Of a DNA stretch of 64,000 nucleotides, positions 54,402-64,000 are shown piece after piece. The notes under the pieces were generated by a model. It worked only from the letters and a program-made list of their open reading frames with translations, did not search any database and had not been told where the DNA came from. The DNA is from Candidatus Woesearchaeota archaeon (GTDB taxonomy: Archaea; Nanobdellota; Nanobdellia; Pacearchaeales; GW2011-AR1), in assembly GCA_964608765.1 (NCBI GenBank), contig CAZSPD010000001.1:6373-70372 (forward strand), given 5' to 3'. The number at the start of each line of letters is the position of its first letter. Within the stretch, counting starts at the first letter, position 1. The translations under genes were made by a program, and so were the position numbers.

Positions 54402-55205
54402 TTATCCAAACCAATATCCTAATTTATATGGAATTCCCCTTAATATTCTTAATAAGAAACTCTTAAGGCTCCATCTCAAGTGTTTGAACTTAAATTTTCT
54501 AAATCTATCTTTTTTAGTTATCAAATCTCTGTAAAGCCCAGTCTTGTAAAAATCTTTTGTTGTTTTTCCCCATCTCCACTGCTTTTTGAAAAGCAGCTTC
54601 AGAGTATCTGGCTCCATATGTTCTACAGCATTCTTAATCATTCCATTCTTATTTGTAATTTTTTTAAACTCATACCAAGTTATTATGTGGTCTTGGGCAG
54701 CACATATGTTTATGTACTTTTTAGGGATATTTTTATGAGCTTTCATTAATAATTTTCTTTTAAAAAATCTGGGTAAAACAATATCATCATCAGGTTCCCA
54801 ATATGTCTGAACAAGCATTCTATCTGCATCATAAAGAGAAGGTAAAAACTTTTTTCGATTATACGCCCTTTCCCAAAACCATAAACTATCATACTCTTTC
54901 ATTTTTTTAACTGCTCTTTCAATAGCTGTTTTTTCTAATATTTGATCAGAATCAAGTAATAAAACATATTCCCCTTTACTTTTCTCAGTTCCAAGAATTC
55001 TAGCTTCAAGAAGTTTCCCTTTACACATAATTATTTTTGCTTTAAACTTCTTTGCAATTTCAAGAGTTTTATCTTTACTATAACTATCAACAATAATTAT
55101 CTCAATATTTTTATATGTCTGATTTTTAACTGCATTTAAACACTGCTCAAGTGTACTCTCAGAGTTGTATGTTGGAATATTTATCGAAACTAATTTTTTT
55201 GCCAT
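54402..55205 (-). CDS. Family 2 glycosyltransferase
   Basis: VSINIPTYNSESTLEQCLNAVKNQTYKNIEIIIVDSYSKD. Confidence 0.7.
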   Translation of the reverse strand: MAKKLVSINIPTYNSESTLEQCLNAVKNQTYKNIEIIIVDSYSKDKTLEIAKKFKAKIIMCKGKLLEARILGTEKSKGEYVLLLDSDQILEKTAIERAVKKMKEYDSLWFWERAYNRKKFLPSLYDADRMLVQTYWEPDDDIVLPRFFKRKLLMKAHKNIPKKYINICAAQDHIITWYEFKKITNKNGMIKNAVEHMEPDTLKLLFKKQWRWGKTTKDFYKTGLYRDLITKKDRFRKFKFKHLRWSLKSFLLRILRGIPYKLGYWFG

Positions 55206-55241
55206 ATTCTATTTCTATTTAATAAATGTTTATAAATATTA

Positions 55242-56393
55242 TTAATTGCATGATAATGTTTTTTTGATTTTTTCAATAAAATTACTTGTGCTAGAGACAA
55301 TGTTGAGTATCTTTTTTGGTTTTACTTTTGATTTTATAAAATTTTCTAGTGTTTCATTTATACTTTTAATCATCTTTTTATCGTCGTATACTTCTTTTAT
55401 TTTGTAAAATTGAGGTATATCTTTTACTAAATTATAGTATCCTCCTTTGTCTACAGCTATTAATGGTTTCCCTAAACTTAATGCTTCAAATGGAACTATC
55501 CCAAAATCTTCTACAAATGGGATAAATATTACTGCATTACATTCTTCATATAATTTCAGAAATTCTTTATTCTCTAAATTTATTTTTATTTCAATATTTT
55601 TACATCCTTCAGATAATTCTTTTATTTTTTCATAATATTTTTTATTTTCCATATTTCCTGCAATTATCAACTTTTTATTAGGATGTTTTTTAGAAAAAAC
55701 TTTCCAAGATTCAATTAATAAGTCCTGTCTTTTAGGGGGATTTATACGAGAAGGATATAAAAAATAATCTTTATTCTTTGTATTTACTTTTTTGGATTTA
55801 CCTATATCTGTAGGAGGATAAATTACACTAACTTTTTTATTTTTAATTAAATTTCTTTTTTTTGCTCTCTCTAAACTTAATTCTGAATTAAATATAGCAT
55901 AATCTATTTTTTTCCAAGCAGTTTTTTCAAATATTTTATATATTTTTACAACAGAAACATAAAATGCTTTTGAAAAAATATTTTTGTATTTTTTATTTAA
56001 ATTCCACTTTACTATTTCTTCACTAGCATCTCTCAAAGGAGTGTGGATATATGCATATGTTTTCCCAGGCTTATAATTTCTAAATAAAATAAATTCTCCA
56101 ACACCTGAAGTTGATATTAAAAATAAATCATATTTTTTTAAGGGAATTTTAGAAAATAAAGAACTTATTAAAAACACTCCTCTCAATATATTTGAATGTG
56201 AAAACTTCCTAAAAAACTTATTTCCAATAATATTTATTTTAAATTTTTTAAATTCTTCAAAAGTATTTTCTTTTTCATACACCCAAGTATATAATTCAAT
56301 ATTTTCAAAATTTTTTAATAATTCAAGAACAGTTTTCTCTGCACCCCCCCTACTTTTTATCCAAGGATGAAATATTGCTATTTTCTTTTTCAT
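55242..56393 (-). CDS. Family 4 glycosyltransferase (GT-B)
   Basis: FIPFVEDFGIVPFEALSLGKPLIAVDKGG is the GT4 C-terminal signature. Confidence 0.7.
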   Translation of the reverse strand: MKKKIAIFHPWIKSRGGAEKTVLELLKNFENIELYTWVYEKENTFEEFKKFKINIIGNKFFRKFSHSNILRGVFLISSLFSKIPLKKYDLFLISTSGVGEFILFRNYKPGKTYAYIHTPLRDASEEIVKWNLNKKYKNIFSKAFYVSVVKIYKIFEKTAWKKIDYAIFNSELSLERAKKRNLIKNKKVSVIYPPTDIGKSKKVNTKNKDYFLYPSRINPPKRQDLLIESWKVFSKKHPNKKLIIAGNMENKKYYEKIKELSEGCKNIEIKINLENKEFLKLYEECNAVIFIPFVEDFGIVPFEALSLGKPLIAVDKGGYYNLVKDIPQFYKIKEVYDDKKMIKSINETLENFIKSKVKPKKILNIVSSTSNFIEKIKKTLSCN

Positions 56394-59071
56394 TTTATAA
56401 AAGTCATGTTATCTAATCCAGCATACTCTCCAGAAACAGCACTAAATTCTTCTAATACCCTTATATCTTCAGGGGAATCAATCTTCCATATTTTTAATGG
56501 ACCTCTTAATCCTGAAAAATAAAAGAATTCATTTAACTTCATTCCCCCATATGTTTCAAGATATGTTTTTAATGGATCTGGCTCAGAGTGAGCTAATTTC
56601 ACGCCCCTATACTCTTTATTTGGATCATTCATTAAATATAATTTAGAAATAAGACTATCCACAACTCTTGGAGATAAGTAAATTAATGCTCCTTCATTAT
56701 CTAATTGAACTCCTAACTCTGTTTGAGACAATAATGGAATAATATATGCTGCACTATTTATGCCCTCTTCAAAATCATATAGCGTACCATCATAGTAAAC
56801 ATACCTCATAGGTATACTTATTTGATTTCCATTGTAAATATAAACAGCATTTGGTTGTTTAAATGTTCCATTTTCCTTTTCAAGAATTATTCCTCCTATT
56901 CCAGAATACTCTTTAGGGATAAATATTTTTTTTCCATCTTTTTCATAAACAATATCATCTTCTATTCCATACCCTCCATTGTAGATTCTTATTGTTCCAT
57001 TTTTTGTTTCTTGAGTTTGACTTGGATTAGATGCCATAACAGGAATAAATGAAAACCTATCTTTATTTTTCTCATCACTTCCAATACTACTATATGCAGA
57101 ATATTTTCCAATATCTGTTGGGTCAATTAGTAAATATGATACATTTTGAGATTTCATGAAGCTTAATGCAGTTACAGGTTTAGGAGTTGTTAATAAGTAT
57201 CTTCCTATAAGATGATCCCAGTACAAGTTAGCATGTCCGCCATCAGTTACAGTTGGCCTCTCTCCTAAATACTGCACCCAATATCCATAATCCCACCAGT
57301 GAACAAATATATCTTCTGAATTTGTATTTTCTCGTACCCATTCCATTGAATACTGCCATTGTAAATTTGCAGAAGATCCAATCTGTACTGATTGTGCTTT
57401 AATTATTTTTATGTAATTAACTGATGTAAATATAAGTAATATTAATACTCCAATTAAAGCAGCATAAATAACTAATTTGATTATATCATCTTTAACTAAT
57501 TTAGAATATTCATACACCTTTATAACACCATAAATTCCAATAAAACAAATAACAGGAGAAAGAATAAATAATAATCTAACTGCACTTATACCTGCTATAG
57601 TCATAAAAAACACTAAAAGAATAATTATAATATTTTCACTCTTAGTTTCTATTTTATCTTTAAAGTATATGTGTACAAATACAGCAAAAAATAAGAATAT
57701 GCTTCCAATATAAAATAATTTACTAATAAATGAATCTCCATTTAATATCGATTCTGTAGAATATCTATGGAAAAATATTCCAACAACCATCAATACCCAA
57801 GATAATGAAAATAATGTTTTATTTTTCTTTTTATCTATTCCTTTTGAAAATTCAATTCCTACTATTGAAGCTCCAAATATAAATAACCAGAAAAATAATT
57901 TTCCAAATTGGCCCATTACATCTAAAGTATAAGGTATAGCATTCTCAGCAACAGTTTCACCAACTCTTCCACCTCCAAAAGGTCTCAATATGTTTTGAAT
58001 TATCCCAGATAAAGAGAATCCTGTACTTTGATTAAGCATTAAACTAATAATTATAGCAAATATTATTGAAAGCCCAACACTTATAATTATCCTATATTTA
58101 CCTATTTCTTTTAATTTTTTATTTTTTGATTTTAACAGAAGATAGTCAATTAAAGTGAAAATTAATACAAAGGGAACTATTATTCCTTTTACACTTAAAA
58201 TCAGTCCCGCTATTGAACTAAGAGGATAAGAAAAAATAAAACTTAAAAGTATAAATGAAATAAACCAGAAAATATAGAATAAAAGATACTCTTTGAGATT
58301 ATTCCTATTTTCTTCATTATTCATTTTATTTGTAATCCACAATAATAATACAGTTAAGGGAATTATTAGTAAAGTGAATGCTGCAACACCACTCCAAGCA
58401 ACAATATTAAATATTGTAAAAAATCCAGTTACAATTCCTAACACTATTGCCATCTTTACTGAATTTTTCTTTTCAATTTTTTGCATAGCTATAACAAAGG
58501 ATAATAATGCAAGGAAAAATGCAAACATTCCTAAAGGTTCGTGATCAGATACTCCAGCCATAGTCCTAAATAAATAAGCAGGGATTATTGCAAGGAAAAA
58601 ACTAGATAAAAGTGCTGTAAGTCTTGAATTAGTAAGTTTCAATATTAAAAAGAAAAATACTAACATTCCTAAAGCAAAGAATATTACCGGATATATTATA
58701 TTAACATATCTTAAGCTAATCTCACTTGAAAATTTACTCATTATTTTATACATAAAGACTATTGTGTGTGGAAGGAGTTCTCCGCTGTACGGGACTTTAA
58801 GTGAAGGGTACCTCATTGAATCATATTCAGGATAACTACCATGCTCATTTAAAACTTCAGCAAGTCTTAAAAAATAAAATGCATCTAAATCAGCTGTAAC
58901 ATATTCATCTGTTGTAGCATCTTTAAGCAAATGCATATTATTTGTTCTTATTACTGTAGTAAAAGCTATAACTGCAATAAGCAAAATAGCAGTTAGAATA
59001 ACAAGAACTTTTTTTTGATTAATAAAATCAAAAACTCTTTTAGCTACCTTTTTTACTTTTTCTTTACTCAT
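56390..59071 (-). CDS. aglB: Archaeal oligosaccharyltransferase AglB (STT3 homolog)
   Basis: 13-TM N-terminal domain, the catalytic WWDYGYW motif (FVHWWDYGYWVQ), and a C-terminal soluble domain. Confidence 0.9.
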   Translation of the reverse strand: MSKEKVKKVAKRVFDFINQKKVLVILTAILLIAVIAFTTVIRTNNMHLLKDATTDEYVTADLDAFYFLRLAEVLNEHGSYPEYDSMRYPSLKVPYSGELLPHTIVFMYKIMSKFSSEISLRYVNIIYPVIFFALGMLVFFFLILKLTNSRLTALLSSFFLAIIPAYLFRTMAGVSDHEPLGMFAFFLALLSFVIAMQKIEKKNSVKMAIVLGIVTGFFTIFNIVAWSGVAAFTLLIIPLTVLLLWITNKMNNEENRNNLKEYLLFYIFWFISFILLSFIFSYPLSSIAGLILSVKGIIVPFVLIFTLIDYLLLKSKNKKLKEIGKYRIIISVGLSIIFAIIISLMLNQSTGFSLSGIIQNILRPFGGGRVGETVAENAIPYTLDVMGQFGKLFFWLFIFGASIVGIEFSKGIDKKKNKTLFSLSWVLMVVGIFFHRYSTESILNGDSFISKLFYIGSIFLFFAVFVHIYFKDKIETKSENIIIILLVFFMTIAGISAVRLLFILSPVICFIGIYGVIKVYEYSKLVKDDIIKLVIYAALIGVLILLIFTSVNYIKIIKAQSVQIGSSANLQWQYSMEWVRENTNSEDIFVHWWDYGYWVQYLGERPTVTDGGHANLYWDHLIGRYLLTTPKPVTALSFMKSQNVSYLLIDPTDIGKYSAYSSIGSDEKNKDRFSFIPVMASNPSQTQETKNGTIRIYNGGYGIEDDIVYEKDGKKIFIPKEYSGIGGIILEKENGTFKQPNAVYIYNGNQISIPMRYVYYDGTLYDFEEGINSAAYIIPLLSQTELGVQLDNEGALIYLSPRVVDSLISKLYLMNDPNKEYRGVKLAHSEPDPLKTYLETYGGMKLNEFFYFSGLRGPLKIWKIDSPEDIRVLEEFSAVSGEYAGLDNMTFIK

Positions 59072-59107
59072 TAAAACTAAAGAAAATCACTATTTAAAAA
59101 CCTTAGT

Positions 59108-60106
59108 CTAAAATTTGATAAACAATAAAAATCCCAATATAATTATAATTATCTGGAAAATATTTATAAGATTTACAACTTCATTTTCATAAACTTTTTT
59201 ATTTGGTTTTATCTTTTTTAATAAATATATTGAAAGGTGTTCTAACCCATATATTTTATCATACAATAAATCTAAGCTTCCATCTGGATTTGGTTTTCCA
59301 AAACTCTGTTTTTTTAATCCCCCCCTTAATTTTAAGATAGTTTCAAGTATATATGGGATAAAGAAAAATAAAGTTATTTTTTCAACATTCCCTAGTATTG
59401 CCATACACGCAATAGCTGCACCTATTGCATAGGTTAATGTGTCTCCTGGGAATACTTTTGCTGGATTTGCATTAAACATGTAAAATGCAATTAAAGAAAC
59501 AATTAAACAAAGCCCTACAACACTCAACCAAGAATTACCTGTTAAATAAGTAACTAAAGACATAGCTCCTATAAGGAGTATTCCCTGCCTTGCCTCTAAT
59601 CCATTAAATCCTGCTAAAAAATTAAATGTAGTTGTTGCACCTATCATTCCAAGAGGTATAATAAGGAGAGGGAACAGCAACCCTAGTTCCATCCCCAAAA
59701 CAGATGACTCTCCTGCATTAATCACCATTAATGGAATAGCAGAAATAAATACTAAAGCTATTCTAGAACGCTTGGACAACCCCCCTTTTTTCCACCCAAA
59801 TAAATCATCTATTAATCCTACTCCTGAAACTAATAATAAACTAGTAGTCATAGCAAATATCTTTATAGAAACTTCATCAAGTCTTTTAAAATAAAATGTT
59901 TGAAGTGCAATATATGTCAGTATCCCTATTATTGCCCCAATAACTACAATTATGCCTCCAGAACCAGCAACATTTTTTTGTTTATCATATTTATTCATAT
60001 CCTCCCAAAGCAATCCTATTTGTTTTGCTTTTTTTATCCAAAAAGGCATTGCAAGATATGTACAGAAAAAGCTTATAAAAACAGTCAAGATTATCAAAGG
60101 TTCCAT
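59108..60106 (-). CDS. aglH: Dolichyl-phosphate sugar-1-phosphate transferase of the MraY/WecA/GPT family (AglH-like)
   Basis: Polytopic protein with GLIDDLFG (a DDxxG-type Mg-binding motif) and the MraY/GPT loop signatures. Confidence 0.7.
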   Translation of the reverse strand: MEPLIILTVFISFFCTYLAMPFWIKKAKQIGLLWEDMNKYDKQKNVAGSGGIIVVIGAIIGILTYIALQTFYFKRLDEVSIKIFAMTTSLLLVSGVGLIDDLFGWKKGGLSKRSRIALVFISAIPLMVINAGESSVLGMELGLLFPLLIIPLGMIGATTTFNFLAGFNGLEARQGILLIGAMSLVTYLTGNSWLSVVGLCLIVSLIAFYMFNANPAKVFPGDTLTYAIGAAIACMAILGNVEKITLFFFIPYILETILKLRGGLKKQSFGKPNPDGSLDLLYDKIYGLEHLSIYLLKKIKPNKKVYENEVVNLINIFQIIIIILGFLLFIKF

Positions 60107-60137
60107 GTTTATTTCATACCTTTCTAACTTTTAAATT

Positions 60138-60995
60138 TTATCTAAATATTAATGGAGTTATATACACTTCAATAAGTGCAGCAATTATTAAAATCACTAG
60201 TGCTAAAAATATTAATGTAATAACGTTTTCAAGGACTTTTAAGAATCTTTTATCTTTTATTCCATTTCTTACTAATCCTACCCCAAACATTCCCCCTGCA
60301 AGAGCAGTAATAAAGTATGCTGCAATTTCAGGTAATCCATGAATAGCATATCTTGCAATTCCAGCAGGTATTTCAGCTAAATTATATCTTGCAAATATTC
60401 CAACTGCAGCTGCAATAACACTTGCATTCCAAACTAAAATAAAGAGAGCTCCTGCCCCAAATATCAAAGAAAATACTAAAGTAAATATCATCACATATAC
60501 ATTATTTTCAATTATAGATAAAAACCTCATACCTCCTATTGAAGAGCCTGTTAAATTGATTTTTCCAGATGAATATTGTTCAACACATCCACTTACATCT
60601 CCTGGACTATTTATCTGGCAGTAAGTTTGAATTTGGAAATTCAAAAGATTTGCATCTTGTAATACAATATTCCAAAATGAAAACGCAACAACAAATCCTA
60701 AAAATAACCACATAAATGCATATATTGCATCTTTATGAGCTTGCCAGATATTAACAATTCCTTCAACTTCTTCATTTTCTTTTTCTTCTCTTTTTATTAT
60801 ATAATACATAAAAGGAAAACTAAACATAATACAAAATAAAACAACTAATACTCCAGAGGCATTAGATAGATTAGGATCTTTTGAAAAAAACCAGTGTACA
60901 AGTAAAAGTGAAAGAGAAGCATAAACTAGTCCAACAAAAAACATCTTCCATTCACTTCTTTCAATTTTTTTAGGGTTTACAATCGCCTCAAGCAT
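60138..60995 (-). CDS. Membrane protein, DUF95/SpoIIM-like
   Basis: About 6 TM helices, and YAIHGLPEIAAYF resembles the conserved HGipElpA motif of the DUF95 family. Confidence 0.45.
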   Translation of the reverse strand: MLEAIVNPKKIERSEWKMFFVGLVYASLSLLLVHWFFSKDPNLSNASGVLVVLFCIMFSFPFMYYIIKREEKENEEVEGIVNIWQAHKDAIYAFMWLFLGFVVAFSFWNIVLQDANLLNFQIQTYCQINSPGDVSGCVEQYSSGKINLTGSSIGGMRFLSIIENNVYVMIFTLVFSLIFGAGALFILVWNASVIAAAVGIFARYNLAEIPAGIARYAIHGLPEIAAYFITALAGGMFGVGLVRNGIKDKRFLKVLENVITLIFLALVILIIAALIEVYITPLIFR

Positions 60996-61045
60996 ATCTC
61001 TATTAAAAAAAGAGAATTTTTAAATGTTAAGGCACTAAACACTAT

Positions 61046-61861
61046 ATGAGTAAAGAAAAGAGGTTCAATGAAATTCTAGAAAAAATAAAAAAAATAGAAA
61101 TTCAAGGAGCAAGAAATGTAGCAAAGTCTGCACTTGAAGCATATTCTATTGTACCTTCCAAAGATTCCAAAAAAAAACTTTTATCTTCAAGACCCACAGA
61201 ACCAATGATGGCAAGAGTTTTAGATTTAGCTGAAAAAGGTGTTTCAAAAAAAGACATCCTTAATCATTTTAATTACTCTCAGGATAAAATAAACAAACAT
61301 GTTTTCAAGTTAATTAATCGTAAGGATATAATATTTACTCACTGCCATTCAACTAATGTAGTTAATTCACTTATTTATTCTACAAAAAAAGGAAAAAAAT
61401 TCAAAGTTTATAACACTGAAACTCGCCCTTTATTTCAGGGAAGAAAAACAGCACAAGAACTAAGAGCAAAAGGAATAGATGTTACAATGTTTGTAGATTC
61501 TGCAGCTGCTTTTGCAATTAAGAAAGATAGTAAGGAGGATAAAATATATGCAACTAAGATTTTCTTAGGTGCAGATGCGCTTTTAAAAAAAGGCATAATA
61601 AATAAAATTGGAAGCGGGATGTTTGCTGAAATTGCATTTAAAAATAAAATACCTGTGTATATAATAGCAGATTCTTGGAAATTTACACCTAAAAAAACAC
61701 CTATAGAGCAGAGAAATATAAATGAGGTTTGGGATAAAGCTCCAAAAAACATAAAAATAAAAAATCCTGCATTTGAATTTGTAAAAAAAGAATATATCTC
61801 AGGGATTATAACTGAATTTGGTTTAATGAAGTATAATGATTTTTTAAAAATAGCTAAATAA
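61046..61861 (+). CDS. eIF-2B alpha/beta/delta family protein (aIF-2B-like or ribose-1,5-bisphosphate isomerase-like)
   Basis: IIFTHCHSTNVVNSL, FKVYNTETRPLFQGRKTAQEL..GIDVT, KIFLGADAL and GSGMFAEIA are motifs of the eIF-2B/MtnA-like family. Confidence 0.7.
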   Translation: MSKEKRFNEILEKIKKIEIQGARNVAKSALEAYSIVPSKDSKKKLLSSRPTEPMMARVLDLAEKGVSKKDILNHFNYSQDKINKHVFKLINRKDIIFTHCHSTNVVNSLIYSTKKGKKFKVYNTETRPLFQGRKTAQELRAKGIDVTMFVDSAAAFAIKKDSKEDKIYATKIFLGADALLKKGIINKIGSGMFAEIAFKNKIPVYIIADSWKFTPKKTPIEQRNINEVWDKAPKNIKIKNPAFEFVKKEYISGIITEFGLMKYNDFLKIAK

Positions 61862-61887
61862 AATTAATCAAATTATTCTTAACTTCA

Positions 61888-62346
61888 TTAATGATTGCAC
61901 TCACAATCTTCATCTCCACACTCGCATCCATGATGATTATTTTCATTTGGTTTTTGATATTTCATAAAGACATTTGTTAATTCAGTATTTATTTTCTCTA
62001 ATTCTTTATTTAATTCTTCTTTTGCATTTTTTAGTTTTTTAGTTTGTTTTTGAAGTATTGTTTTTGTTTCAGGGATAGATTTTTTAACAAAGTTTTTATT
62101 TCCAATATCAACTAAAAGTTCCTCAGAAATTAATTTAGCACTAGCATATATACCCCTTCCAATAGGAGCTATTATTTCTTTATCTTTTTTTCCAACTAAT
62201 TCATCTAACTCAAAATTTAAACTTTCTAAATCAACAATTACCTGTTCAACTGCTTGGATTTGCTCTTGTATAATCCTTATTTGTTGTTCAAACATTTGAA
62301 ACTGCATTATCAGTTCTTGTTGTGAAGCATTATTTTCTTTTTTCAT
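61888..62346 (-). CDS. pfdA: Prefoldin alpha subunit with a C-terminal Cys/His-rich tail
   Basis: Coiled coil, two beta-hairpins (EIIAPIGRGIYASAKL...LLVDIGNKNFVKKS), coiled coil. The tail HHGCECGDEDCECNH is appended. Confidence 0.6.
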   Translation of the reverse strand: MKKENNASQQELIMQFQMFEQQIRIIQEQIQAVEQVIVDLESLNFELDELVGKKDKEIIAPIGRGIYASAKLISEELLVDIGNKNFVKKSIPETKTILQKQTKKLKNAKEELNKELEKINTELTNVFMKYQKPNENNHHGCECGDEDCECNH

Positions 62347-62391
62347 GTTTAAATCAGAATAAGATGCTTTTTAAGATTTAGGGTTTTAAGT

Positions 62392-62967
62392 TTATGCAAC
62401 ATTAAACATTTTTTTGCTTCTTAAAACAGAGCTAATTATCATAGTAAATATAAAATAAAACCAAAACCAGCTTAATCCAAGCCAGAATTTTGGACTACCT
62501 AAACTAGTAAAGTAATCATTAAACCATCTAAAAAATAATATGAAAGGTATTCCAGTATACATTATTGGCCTCATACCTAATTTCATTTGTTTGGGCATCA
62601 TTGCAAACTGCTTTTTTTGAAGTTCCATTAATTTTTCAGGTTGATTTTGAAATTCTTTCATTTGTGCTTGAATTTCTTTTTGTTCTCTTTTTATTTCTCT
62701 TAGTGCATCTTGATCTGTAGCATATTTCTGAACAAGAGTTGTCATCAAAGAAATAGCAAAGACAACAATTAACATTCCAAGATTTAAATTCCAACTTAAA
62801 AGAAATCCTGCTGTAGGATTAAGTAGATAATGTATTGAATTTTTTATGAATGGGAGTTTATCCCACAATCCTGCAATAACTAATGAAATTATTAAAAATA
62901 TAAACAAAGGTCTGAAACTTCCCTCTTTTTTAGGTTTTTTTTCTTTTGGTTTTTTTTCCTCTCCCAT
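62392..62967 (-). CDS. DUF106 family membrane protein (archaeal YidC/Oxa1-like insertase homolog)
   Basis: TM1, a coiled-coil loop and a Met-rich segment (FAMMPKQMKLGMRPIM), then TM2/TM3. The gene lies next to secY, as in many archaea. Confidence 0.65.
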   Translation of the reverse strand: MGEEKKPKEKKPKKEGSFRPLFIFLIISLVIAGLWDKLPFIKNSIHYLLNPTAGFLLSWNLNLGMLIVVFAISLMTTLVQKYATDQDALREIKREQKEIQAQMKEFQNQPEKLMELQKKQFAMMPKQMKLGMRPIMYTGIPFILFFRWFNDYFTSLGSPKFWLGLSWFWFYFIFTMIISSVLRSKKMFNVA

Positions 62968-62971
62968 TTTC

Positions 62972-64000
62972 TTAATTACTACTTATGAATTTTCTCATAG
63001 CAGGATTCATATCTGTCATGTGCTGCTCTGCTATCTTTTGGTAAAACTGATACATTATCATTATTACAAGTAATATTGCAGTTCCAGATGATAATGCTCC
63101 TAGTAAGTCTGTTGCAGCAGCAAGTAAACCTATTGCTGCACCCCCCATTACTGTTAACGGCATAATATATCTGTCTAATACACTCTCTAATACCCTTACA
63201 TCTTGTCTAAATCCTGAAATTTGTAATCCAGATGAGGAAATTTTTTGTGCTTGTTCTTTTGCACCCATTCCTGATGTTTTAACCCAGAATACAGAGAACA
63301 ATGTAGCAAGTGCAATATAGGATAATATGTGTGTTAATCCTTGTATTAAGTATCTAGGTAAAAATCCTCCTCTTATTATTAGTTCAAGAAGGTTTGTGTG
63401 CCCAAGCCAGAATGCAAATCCAGAAACTGCATGTCCATCTTGGAAATGCCCTAAAAATGTAGGGTGTCCTGCCCAAGTCTCTAATAATCCTCCAAATAAC
63501 TGGATATTTGCAATTAATGCTGCAGTTAAAATAATAGGAATAACAGATGCATAGAAAAATTGCAGAGGCCATTTAATAGAATATCCCCTTATTCTTCCAA
63601 AGCTTAAAGGTATTTCCACTTTAAGGCTTTGTGCCCATACTACAAGAAGGAATATCACAACTGTAGCAATTAATGCACCTAATGCAGATGCAAATTCAAC
63701 TGGATATTTATTTATAATTGATTGTATTAACACTAAAACTTTTCCAGAGCACGCTGTTCCACTGAAATCAAGTAAACAGTTTCTTCCCTGAGCATTTACA
63801 AATTGGAATGCACTGGTGAATAATCTCCACGAAACTCCTGCAGCAATGAATATACTTACTCCAGAACCAAAGCCCCATTTCTCACAAAGCTCATTCATAT
63901 AATAAATCGCAATTCCTCCAAGTATTAATTGAAATATAACTAGTCCAGCATATCCTGGGACAGCTTCTAATCCTTTCATTAAAACATACACAACTGATTC
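62972..64000 (-). CDS. secY: Preprotein translocase subunit SecY, C-terminal ~340 aa; the N-terminus lies beyond the window edge
   Basis: SecY TM6-TM10 region, including GFGSGVSIFIAAGV and the C-terminal cytoplasmic loop. The ORF is open to the window end. Confidence 0.85.
   Translation of the reverse strand, partial: ESVVYVLMKGLEAVPGYAGLVIFQLILGGIAIYYMNELCEKWGFGSGVSIFIAAGVSWRLFTSAFQFVNAQGRNCLLDFSGTACSGKVLVLIQSIINKYPVEFASALGALIATVVIFLLVVWAQSLKVEIPLSFGRIRGYSIKWPLQFFYASVIPIILTAALIANIQLFGGLLETWAGHPTFLGHFQDGHAVSGFAFWLGHTNLLELIIRGGFLPRYLIQGLTHILSYIALATLFSVFWVKTSGMGAKEQAQKISSSGLQISGFRQDVRVLESVLDRYIMPLTVMGGAAIGLLAAATDLLGALSSGTAILLVIMIMYQFYQKIAEQHMTDMNPAMRKFISSN

Noticed and set aside
1-64000. Diversity-generating retroelement targeting the giant or paralog proteins
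   Set aside because: There is no reverse transcriptase ORF, and no template/variable repeat pair with adenine-specific mismatches. The only near-identical repeats are the perfect intragenic 541-bp copies and the GT4/MT relics, whose mismatches are not A-biased.

Overview
AT-rich (roughly 30% GC) archaeal genome fragment, probably from a small-genome DPANN-like archaeon. Evidence for archaeal origin: ribosomal proteins L18e and L21e, RNA polymerase subunits D and N, an AglB/STT3 oligosaccharyltransferase, a DUF106 YidC-like protein next to SecY, and Shine-Dalgarno-led genes. The window divides into six regions. (1) 1-25.8 kb: a surface-protein locus built around a 5,208-aa giant secreted protein made of Gly-rich, Ig-like, LamG, FN3-like, DNRLRE-like and CARDB-like modules. 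It is preceded by a membrane-anchored HerA/FtsK-like (DUF87) ATPase, two coiled-coil proteins, an HExxH polytopic membrane protein and a small wHTH protein. It is flanked by three paralogous small secreted proteins that share the giant protein's C-terminal ~30 residues. (2) 25.9-27.1 kb: a tyrosine recombinase translationally coupled to an orphan Zn-ribbon plus recombinase-domain protein. (3) 27-39 kb: ribosomal and RNAP genes (S9, L13, L18e; RpoD, S11, S4, S13, DUF655, RpoF-like, L21e, RpoN). The conserved rpoD-rpl18e junction is interrupted by a ~5 kb antisense block encoding a second DUF87 ATPase with coiled-coil partners, next to a tRNA-Leu. (4) 39.5-41.7 kb: 5S rRNA and tRNAs Leu, Arg and Gly, followed by UXS, SecF and SecD. 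(5) 44-60 kb: an N-glycosylation island containing an intein-bearing GDP-mannose 4,6-dehydratase, a flippase, a GT10 fucosyltransferase-like enzyme, GDP-mannose 3,5-epimerase, several GT2 and GT4 transferases, a methyltransferase, AglB and AglH. (6) 60-64 kb: eIF2B-like protein, prefoldin alpha, DUF106 YidC-like protein and a partial SecY. No CRISPR array and no reverse transcriptase were seen.
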